DNA of 64,000 nt from Winogradskyella sp. (GTDB lineage: Bacteria > Bacteroidota > Bacteroidia > Flavobacteriales > Flavobacteriaceae). This document shows, piece after piece, positions 56,954 to 64,000 of the stretch. Made by a program: the position numbers and the translations under genes. A model generated the notes under the pieces. That model searched no databases, was not told the DNA's origin, and saw nothing but the letters and a program-made list of their open reading frames with translations. Where the stretch lies: assembly GCA_965230605.1 (NCBI GenBank), contig CBDDLD010000004.1, positions 181,768 through 245,767 on the forward strand, in the 5' to 3' direction. Positions within the stretch are counted from its first letter, which is position 1. Each line of letters begins with the position of its first letter.

Positions 56954-57673
56954 ATGCTCAATTCTAATAAGGTTATTGTACTTTCAAGTCTAAAGTATAA
57001 GGATAATGATTTAATTGTTAAATGCTATACTCGTAATAAAGGCATAGTAAGTTACATCATTCGAGGTGCTTTCAAGAGTAAAAGAGGACGCGCAAAAAGT
57101 ATATATTTTCAACCATTGAGCCAATTAAAAATAGAGGAAGTAATTAAGCCGAATAGGTCTCTTCAATCTATTAAAGAAGTAAAGTTTTCCTATATCTATG
57201 AGACATTAACTACAGATGTATACAAAAATGCAATCGCTTTTTTTATTGCAGATATATTAAGTATTGTACTTAAAGAAGAAGAGACTAACAATGAGTTGTT
57301 TGAATTCTTAGAATTGTCATTTCAGTATATCGATAAAGAAGATCAATTTGCTAATTTTCATCTGCTCTTTTTGCTTAAGTTAAGCAAATATTTGGGGTTT
57401 TATCCTGATGTTTCTAATATAGAACTCACATATTTTAACCTAGAAAAAGGAGTTTTTCAATCGACTCAAAGTTCTATATATTCGATTTCCGGAAATGTTT
57501 TAACACTTTTAAAACAGCTATTAGGCATAAATTTTGATACACTTAATACGATCAAAATAAATGCAAAACAAAGACAAGAGTTTTTAAGTATGTTATTGTA
57601 TTATTTTGAACTACATTTGGGGGATTTTAAGAAGCCGAAATCGTTACAGGTACTTAATGATGTATTTCATTAA
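56954..57673 (+). CDS. recO: DNA repair protein RecO
   Basis: N-terminal OB-fold region (VIVLSSLKYKDNDLIVKCYT) and RecO length and architecture. Confidence 0.75.
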   Translation: MLNSNKVIVLSSLKYKDNDLIVKCYTRNKGIVSYIIRGAFKSKRGRAKSIYFQPLSQLKIEEVIKPNRSLQSIKEVKFSYIYETLTTDVYKNAIAFFIADILSIVLKEEETNNELFEFLELSFQYIDKEDQFANFHLLFLLKLSKYLGFYPDVSNIELTYFNLEKGVFQSTQSSIYSISGNVLTLLKQLLGINFDTLNTIKINAKQRQEFLSMLLYYFELHLGDFKKPKSLQVLNDVFH

Positions 57674-57704
57674 GATCAAACAAGGAGAGGACGTAAAGTA
57701 TACA

Positions 57705-60161
57705 ATGCTGAAGATTATTTTTGACAATATTAGAATTAGTAGCGCTACATTTAAGATATTACTTTTAGCTGTTTTTTCAGTGCAAATGGCATTGGGACAA
57801 TCCGTCACAGTATTAGAAAAGGGAACAAATGAACCTATAGGCGGTGTGGCTATATATAACTTGAAGAAGACGAAAACGGCTGTTACAGACATTAACGGCA
57901 TTGCTGATATCAGTAAATTCGATAATGACGAAAACCTATATTTTCAAAGTTTTTTATACAAGAAGCTACAAGTAAATAAATCAATTTTATCACAACAAAA
58001 TTATACCATTTACTTAGAAATTAAAGTAGAGGACCTTAAGCAGGTGGTTATATCTGCATCTAAGTTTGAACAGAGTAAACGAGATGTGCCTCAAACCATT
58101 GTTAGTATAGATTCTAAAGATATTGAACTTGCAAACCCTCAAACCAGTGCAGATTTACTACAATCTTCAGGAAATGTTTATCTTCAGAAGAGCCAGTTAG
58201 GGGGAGGTAGCCCTATGATAAGGGGGTTTTCTACAAATCGACTTTTAATAACTGTAGATGGGGTAAGGATGAACAATGCTATTTTTAGAGGAGGTAATAT
58301 TCAGAACGTAATATCTATAGACCCATTTACTATAAGAAATACAGAAATAACCCTAGGTGCAGGTTCGGTGGTTTATGGTAGTGATGCTATTGGTGGCGTA
58401 ATGAGCTTCTACACAAAGAAACCAGAATTGTCGTATAAAAAAGACACTTATTTTAATGCAAATGCTATTCTTAGATATTCGACAGCTAATGAAGAAAGTA
58501 CAGCGCATGTTGACTTTAATATCGGAATAGAAAAATGGGCTTTCCTAAGTAGTATAAGCTATTCTAGCTATGATGACCTTAGAATGGGGAAACATGGCCC
58601 TGACGATTACCTAAGACCTTCCTATGTGATTAGACAAAACGGAGAAGATGTTGTCGTAGAAAATTCCAATCCATTGGTGCAACGCCCAACCGGATTTAAT
58701 CAATTGAGCTTAATGCAAAAGATACGCTATGAACCTTCAGATAATCTCAATTTTGATTTTAATTTCTATTACAGTTCAACGTCAGATTACTCGAGGTATG
58801 ATAGATTACTTAGGTTAAATGACAATGGACTGCCATTCTCAGCCGAATGGAATTATGGACCTCAAGATTGGTTTATGGGAAATGCTCAATTAACTAAACA
58901 TAGTAGTAATTCTAACCTGTACGATAAGATTCAAGCCACTTTAGCGTATCAGAATTTTAAAGAAAGCCGAATCGATAGAGATTTTCAATCAGAGATCAGA
59001 TCTATAAGATCAGAATCTGTAGATGCCATTTCGCTTAACCTCGATTTAGAAAAACAATTATCTGAAAAGACGAGCATTTTCTACGGATTAGAATACTTGT
59101 TTAACAATGTCAATTCTGATGCATCACAATTGAATATCACATCTAATATTTCTAGCCCAAATGTAACAAGATATCCGGATGGCTCTACATGGCAATCTAT
59201 AGCAGCATATGGAAGTATTAAATACAAACCTAATCCTAAGTTTGTATTTCAATCCGGTTTACGTTACAACCACGTATATTCTGAAGCTGATTTTACGGCA
59301 AATAATGTATTTCTGAATTTGCCTTTTAATGATGCCATGATTAATACCGGAGCACTTACAGGAACAGCTGGGTTTAGTTGGATACCTAATGAAACCATGC
59401 AATGGAAACTAAATGCTTCAACAGCTTTTAGAGCCCCTAATATTGACGATATAGGAAAAGTTTTTGATTCTGAACCAGGGTCTGTTGTTGTTCCTAATAA
59501 TGACCTCGATGCAGAATATGCCTATGGAGGAGAATTAGGGCTAAAACTCAATTTTAATGATGTTCTTATTTTAGATTTAGCCACCTATTATACCTTCTTA
59601 GATAATGCACTTATAAGAAGAGATTTTTCAATTAATGGCGAAACCGAAATTTTATACGATGGTGAATTGAGTAATGTTCAGGCTATACAAAATGCATCTA
59701 AAGCATGGATATATGGTTTTGAAATGGGGGCAGAGGTTAACTTTACTAAACAATTAAAATTGAGAAGTCAGTTTAACATCATAGGAGGTACTGAGGAAGA
59801 TGAGTCAGGTAATGAAGTACCTGTAAGGCACGTTGCTCCAGATTTTGGAAACACCCATTTAATCTGGAAAACAGAAAGGCTAGAGATTGATGCTTTTGCA
59901 GTTTATAGCAGCGAATTAACATTTAACGAATTAGCACAGTCAGAACGATCTAAGCCATTTTTATATGCACTGGATAGCAATGGCAACCCGTATTCTCCAT
60001 CGTGGTATACCCTAAACTTAAGAACCAACTATAAGATTAATAAGTCGTTATCTGTAACAGCAAGCTTAGAAAATATTACAGACCAACGCTACAGACCATA
60101 TTCTTCAGGAATATCTGCGGCTGGAAGAAACCTTATTCTGGCGTTAAAATATAGCCTATAG
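57705..60161 (+). CDS. TonB-dependent outer-membrane receptor
   Basis: Signal peptide, plug-domain motifs (DIS...NPQTSADLLQ, GGGSPMIRGF), a 22-strand barrel region, and a C-terminal aromatic terminus. The start is set at MLKIIF; the ORF-track upstream extension overlaps recO. Confidence 0.8.
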   Translation: MLKIIFDNIRISSATFKILLLAVFSVQMALGQSVTVLEKGTNEPIGGVAIYNLKKTKTAVTDINGIADISKFDNDENLYFQSFLYKKLQVNKSILSQQNYTIYLEIKVEDLKQVVISASKFEQSKRDVPQTIVSIDSKDIELANPQTSADLLQSSGNVYLQKSQLGGGSPMIRGFSTNRLLITVDGVRMNNAIFRGGNIQNVISIDPFTIRNTEITLGAGSVVYGSDAIGGVMSFYTKKPELSYKKDTYFNANAILRYSTANEESTAHVDFNIGIEKWAFLSSISYSSYDDLRMGKHGPDDYLRPSYVIRQNGEDVVVENSNPLVQRPTGFNQLSLMQKIRYEPSDNLNFDFNFYYSSTSDYSRYDRLLRLNDNGLPFSAEWNYGPQDWFMGNAQLTKHSSNSNLYDKIQATLAYQNFKESRIDRDFQSEIRSIRSESVDAISLNLDLEKQLSEKTSIFYGLEYLFNNVNSDASQLNITSNISSPNVTRYPDGSTWQSIAAYGSIKYKPNPKFVFQSGLRYNHVYSEADFTANNVFLNLPFNDAMINTGALTGTAGFSWIPNETMQWKLNASTAFRAPNIDDIGKVFDSEPGSVVVPNNDLDAEYAYGGELGLKLNFNDVLILDLATYYTFLDNALIRRDFSINGETEILYDGELSNVQAIQNASKAWIYGFEMGAEVNFTKQLKLRSQFNIIGGTEEDESGNEVPVRHVAPDFGNTHLIWKTERLEIDAFAVYSSELTFNELAQSERSKPFLYALDSNGNPYSPSWYTLNLRTNYKINKSLSVTASLENITDQRYRPYSSGISAAGRNLILALKYSL

Positions 60162-60162
60162 T

Positions 60163-62541
60163 CTAGAACCTTTTAATCGCTTTCTTAGTGATGATCTGGC
60201 CATTAGAAAGCTGCACCTTAGCAATGTAAGCAGCTTTACTTAACTTAGATAAATTATATACTTCACTAGATGAAGAACCATGTAAATTGTATATAACACG
60301 ACCTAATAGATCGATAATTTCGACATTTTGAATAGTATGGGCATTACCCTTTATACTGAACTTTACATTGCCATTATTGAGCTCATTTATCGTAAGGCTA
60401 TTAGGGTCTAAATTAACATTATCAATAGAAAGTGCTTGAGGGTTAAATACAATCTCAAAACGATCAGTGAAACTACCAACTTCAGATGTAAACGAATAAT
60501 CTGAGTCTTTAAGATTGTGTAATGTACTAAGTAAATTGTCTTTTAAGTAGATGTCATTTGCACTATAAAAAACACCTTCAAATTGAGCAATAGCTATGGT
60601 GTAAATAGTTGGAGACTCTATAGTAGTATTGAAACCGAGCTCAATTACCTCATCTAAACCTAAACTAGAAACACTTTTCCCTTGTATGACAAATTCATCG
60701 TTACTATCAGTTATGGTAGAATATAGCTTAGCAAAATTAGCAGAAGAAGCATTACGCTTTACATCAAAAGAGCTACCATCATTGCCATCTGTTGCACCAT
60801 CAATATGGGCTACAGCAATTTGACTAAATACACCATTATCAGATGTTAAGTTTAACCAAAGCGCCTCACGATTAGTAGAAGACGAAGCGCTAGGACTTCT
60901 AAAAAACTGATCATTATCTCCAGTGACACGCATTGAGTTGTTAAATGTCACATTACCACCAGTAAGTGCTTCAACAAAAAAGCCTTGACCAGAAGGCACA
61001 AAACTATTCGGTATTATACCAGACGCCCCCGCGGTGTTTATACCACTAACAGAAATTACAGCATAATCAGCTCCAGAAAAATTTTGCCCGTCATTACCAG
61101 ATGCATTGGCATCTAAAGCAGTAGCCTGGCTCCATAGATAAATATTATCAACAATACCTGCATTTACTGTAAAGAAAGTTGCAGCATCAATGGCACTTGG
61201 ATAAGGATTTCCTAAGAAATTCCAATCATTATAAGTGCCACCACTGGCATTTGTAATTGCAGATAAGATTACACCATTATTAAACGCACCTTGAAACGTA
61301 AATTGCTGTGATGCAGGAAAGAAACCAATTGGCGAACCGGTTGTTGCATAACCTATTCCAGGAGTCATTACACCAGACGTAAGTTGCCATGCATTACCAT
61401 CATCATCAATATCATCTTGACCTGGCACGAAAGTACCTGTATTATTGACTTCGTCCAAAACGTCAACGAAGTTTGCTGCATTAAAAATAAAACGTCTGCT
61501 TCCTGGTACATTAGCAAAAGAATTCTCAACAGTTTCTCCGATAACAGGAGAACCCCAATAGGTGTATTCTAGTGGTCCTGTGAGTACAGATGTGTTTTTC
61601 TGCACAGTGATTGTACCGTTAGCGGTAGTTGTAGCAGCATCATCAACTTGAACAACTGATCCTTCAGTCGTAACAGTAATATCACCATCAGCAACGATAT
61701 CATTCTGAACTTCGATGAATGTACCATTACTTACCGTAAGTGTAAAACCAGTATTCACCGTTAAACTACAAGCACTAAAACTACCACTTGCTGTTGTATC
61801 ATAATTTCCATTGATTATAGCTTCAGCAGTAATCGTAGGGGCACCATTATCCCATACTGTGCCATCCCATGTTGTTGTTGAGGCACATAATAGGCAGGAA
61901 TATGTACAAGAGCCTAGAGTTACAATAGTATTGGATAGTGTCCAACTTGAGGGATTTGTAACATCTGCCAGTATTTGACTTGTTCCTGCAGTTACATTAC
62001 AATTATGAAACCCATTATCTGTTTCACCTAAATCAACCGCATCAGTTCCGTCGGTCAAACCAGTAGGAAGGGCGGTGGTTTGTGCCGTAGTAGCATCTCC
62101 CCATGGCGTACTATCAAAGTGAACAGCATATACAAAAGAAGGGGCCGCATCTGTGCCTTGATAAGCTAAAATTTGATCACCATTTGTAGCTAAGGCAAAA
62201 TTATTATCATCAGTTATTGAGCCGGCAGAAGCAGAAAAAGGGGCACTGTCTGTTACAATAATTTCTGTACCACAACTAAGATCAGTAGTGGCTGTCCATA
62301 CTAACACACCTTCATTAGTTCTAAAGCTTCCTGAAGCTTGCCATCCGTTATCTGTAAACCTAATTTCTGTGGTTGCTAATACGTCTACTAATAACACGAA
62401 AGAAAATTCATCCGGATTATCAGAATTAAAACCGGTAATGGCTATATCGCCTGGGTTTAATGTTGTTTGTGCACTTACTGAATAACTCTCAAAGAAGAGA
62501 GCAAACAAAGTAATTAAAATATAAAGAGTAATTTTTTTCAT
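60163..62541 (-). CDS. Large secreted Thr/Ser/Gly-rich protein with T9SS C-terminal sorting domain (possible lamin-tail-like N-terminal domain)
   Basis: Signal peptide. The N-terminal IAITGFNSDNPDEFSFVLLVDV...TDNGW region resembles an LTD. C-terminal T9SS CTD (...KVQLSNGQIITKKAIKRF). Confidence 0.55.
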   Translation of the reverse strand: MKKITLYILITLFALFFESYSVSAQTTLNPGDIAITGFNSDNPDEFSFVLLVDVLATTEIRFTDNGWQASGSFRTNEGVLVWTATTDLSCGTEIIVTDSAPFSASAGSITDDNNFALATNGDQILAYQGTDAAPSFVYAVHFDSTPWGDATTAQTTALPTGLTDGTDAVDLGETDNGFHNCNVTAGTSQILADVTNPSSWTLSNTIVTLGSCTYSCLLCASTTTWDGTVWDNGAPTITAEAIINGNYDTTASGSFSACSLTVNTGFTLTVSNGTFIEVQNDIVADGDITVTTEGSVVQVDDAATTTANGTITVQKNTSVLTGPLEYTYWGSPVIGETVENSFANVPGSRRFIFNAANFVDVLDEVNNTGTFVPGQDDIDDDGNAWQLTSGVMTPGIGYATTGSPIGFFPASQQFTFQGAFNNGVILSAITNASGGTYNDWNFLGNPYPSAIDAATFFTVNAGIVDNIYLWSQATALDANASGNDGQNFSGADYAVISVSGINTAGASGIIPNSFVPSGQGFFVEALTGGNVTFNNSMRVTGDNDQFFRSPSASSSTNREALWLNLTSDNGVFSQIAVAHIDGATDGNDGSSFDVKRNASSANFAKLYSTITDSNDEFVIQGKSVSSLGLDEVIELGFNTTIESPTIYTIAIAQFEGVFYSANDIYLKDNLLSTLHNLKDSDYSFTSEVGSFTDRFEIVFNPQALSIDNVNLDPNSLTINELNNGNVKFSIKGNAHTIQNVEIIDLLGRVIYNLHGSSSSEVYNLSKLSKAAYIAKVQLSNGQIITKKAIKRF

Positions 62542-62615
62542 CGCAAGGGGAGTTTAAGATTTGGCGTTGTTTTTTATCTATATTTTATATACTGATCAAT
62601 TCTTATTTTTGGATC

Positions 62616-63089
62616 ATGTTAAACCATAAAACATACACAGTAGAAGAAGCCAAAAAAAAATTGGAGTACTACTGTACATATCAAGAACGTTGTCATCAAG
62701 AGGTTAGAAAAAAACTACAGGACATGCGAATGATACCTGAAGCTATAGATGTCATTATTGTACATCTTATTCAACATAACTTTCTTAATGAAGAACGTTT
62801 TGCCAAAACATTTGTACGCGGTAAGTTCAAAATAAAGGGTTGGGGCAAACGTCGTTTAACCTTAGAATTAAGGAAAAAAGACATCGCCAAAGTTAATATA
62901 AATCAAGCACTTAAAGAAATATCTGACGAGGAGTATACCGTGATTTTGGACACCTTAGCGAAAAAAAAATGGGCCAATATTAGCGAAAAAAGCATGATAA
63001 AGAAGAAAAAAAAGCTGTTAGATTACCTCTTATATAGAGGCTGGGAACCACATTTAGTGTATGATAAAATTAACGAATTTACTAACTGA
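62616..63089 (+). CDS. recX: RecX-family regulatory protein
   Basis: Three-helix-repeat pattern typical of RecX (YCTYQERCHQEV...). 157 aa. Confidence 0.55.
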   Translation: MLNHKTYTVEEAKKKLEYYCTYQERCHQEVRKKLQDMRMIPEAIDVIIVHLIQHNFLNEERFAKTFVRGKFKIKGWGKRRLTLELRKKDIAKVNINQALKEISDEEYTVILDTLAKKKWANISEKSMIKKKKKLLDYLLYRGWEPHLVYDKINEFTN

Positions 63090-63951
63090 TACCGTTAATT
63101 CTATTGGTTTTGACAATAGCCTTTTCGTTTTTCCAGTCAATCCATTTTTGCCCCTTTATACGACGCATTAAGTTATCAGTATTTCGCATCACAAAAACAT
63201 TATAAACAGCTTTTGCTAAATTTTTTGGGTTTCTGGCTATAGCTCTTAAACTCATAGAGAATCCGGGGGTTAGATATCTCATATAGTGCCAATAGCCCTC
63301 GGGCATGTATAATACTTCACCATGATTGAGTTCACAAACCCAACCTTTAGCTTGGTGAAGTGCGGGCCATTTATCAAAATCTGGATTAGCAAAGTTGATA
63401 TCTTCTCTTGTAATTAAAGAGTGAGGAATCTTATATAGATGCTTAGTTTGCTTTTGGTCAAAAAGAATACATTGTTTCTTGCCTTCAAAATGAAAGTGAA
63501 AAATATTAGCCAAATCTATATCATAGTGCATAAAGGTATAAGAGTCTCTACCTCCAAAGAATAGCATTGGTAGACCCTTCATCAACCTTAACCCAAAATC
63601 TGGGTAATTAAAATCATTCTGTAATTCTGGGACTTCTTTTAGAATATTCCATAAAAAAATGCGGAATTTCGTGGGTTCTTTTTTGAGCAAGTCCACGTAA
63701 TCGCTCATCAGCATTTTAGCGTGGGGCTCATTGAAACCATCATTGTGGTCAACCGGACGATCATCATAGAGCGGCACGGTTTTATCACCGGCAATAGACT
63801 TCATGTAATCTAAGGACCATTTGGTGTAAGCGGGCCAATCTTCTACAAAACGCTCTATTACCACGGGCTTTTGCGGTTTAAAATAGTGTTTTAAGAAGTC
63901 CTCTTTAGTGATAGTAGCAACTCTGGGAATGTCTTGAAGGTTTAATTTCAA
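63082..63951 (-). CDS. Cupin-like / JmjC-domain protein
   Basis: HxD...H-type cupin metal site context (FHFHFEGKK, HYMRY). 289 aa. Confidence 0.55.
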   Translation of the reverse strand: MKLNLQDIPRVATITKEDFLKHYFKPQKPVVIERFVEDWPAYTKWSLDYMKSIAGDKTVPLYDDRPVDHNDGFNEPHAKMLMSDYVDLLKKEPTKFRIFLWNILKEVPELQNDFNYPDFGLRLMKGLPMLFFGGRDSYTFMHYDIDLANIFHFHFEGKKQCILFDQKQTKHLYKIPHSLITREDINFANPDFDKWPALHQAKGWVCELNHGEVLYMPEGYWHYMRYLTPGFSMSLRAIARNPKNLAKAVYNVFVMRNTDNLMRRIKGQKWIDWKNEKAIVKTNRINGIS

Positions 63952-64000
63952 TGGCTCACAATTTTAAGGTTCAAAGTTAATAAATCGTTATGAAACTTTA

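Noticed and set aside
1-64000. CRISPR arrays, rRNA genes, integrases/recombinases, restriction-modification, reverse transcriptase/retron, or CBASS/cyclase-type defence genes
   Set aside because: No regularly spaced direct repeats were seen. No rRNA-like conserved stretches were seen. No protein showed tyrosine- or serine-recombinase, methyltransferase, RT (YxDD) or CD-NTase motifs.

Overview
This is a 64 kb chromosomal window that looks like a low-GC marine Flavobacteriia (Bacteroidota) genome. The assignment rests on several proteins carrying T9SS C-terminal sorting domains, a TonB-dependent receptor, and an AT-rich sequence with Bacteroidetes-type gene organisation. Most of the window is ordinary housekeeping: ndh, M13 and M28 peptidases, ppc, metG, gmk, nadD, yicC, gdhA, a transsulfuration PLP enzyme, recO, recX, a ferritin and an Na+/H+ antiporter. 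Four regions stand out.

- **tRNA array (about 29.6-31.0 kb).** A dense, + strand array of about 12 parseable tRNAs plus several tRNA-like fragments sits in roughly 1.4 kb with 2-10 nt spacers. Many members are non-canonical: acceptor stems that start with A or T, C8 in the Tyr gene, T at position 37, two Leu-anticodon tRNAs with class-I-sized variable loops, and a tRNA-like unit with a 5-nt anticodon loop. One unit is a mosaic. A tRNA-Met(CAT) has its 3' half (T-arm, 3' acceptor and an encoded CCA) lying upstream of its 5' half. A 73-nt stretch closed by an 8-bp stem lies between two tRNAs. This looks like a mobile-element or phage-type tRNA array embedded in the chromosome and actively recombining, and it is the most unusual feature of the window.
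- **AT-rich accessory island (about 11.8-15.8 kb).** It holds a GIY-YIG-like small nuclease, an unknown 154-aa protein, an IS1595-family transposase whose stop overlaps the start of a passenger-like P63C-type phage protein, an unannotated 47-aa membrane ORF, and a short ssb.
- **Lipid-export module (22.98-28.27 kb).** A TetR regulator sits upstream of an MMPL/RND exporter, a LolA-like lipoprotein-sorting protein and an outer-membrane beta-barrel. A TGACCA[G/C]TC motif recurs three times at the predicted regulatory positions.
- **Tandem duplication (33.5-38.4 kb).** Two roughly 800-aa secreted MG2 (alpha-2-macroglobulin-like) paralogs lie head to tail, each with its own duplicated upstream region, immediately followed by an HDAC-family deacetylase.

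Several rho-independent terminators and small candidate ORFs or sRNAs are also noted. I found no CRISPR array, rRNA, integrase or recognisable defence-system enzyme. All coordinates carry about ±1-2 nt uncertainty from manual counting.
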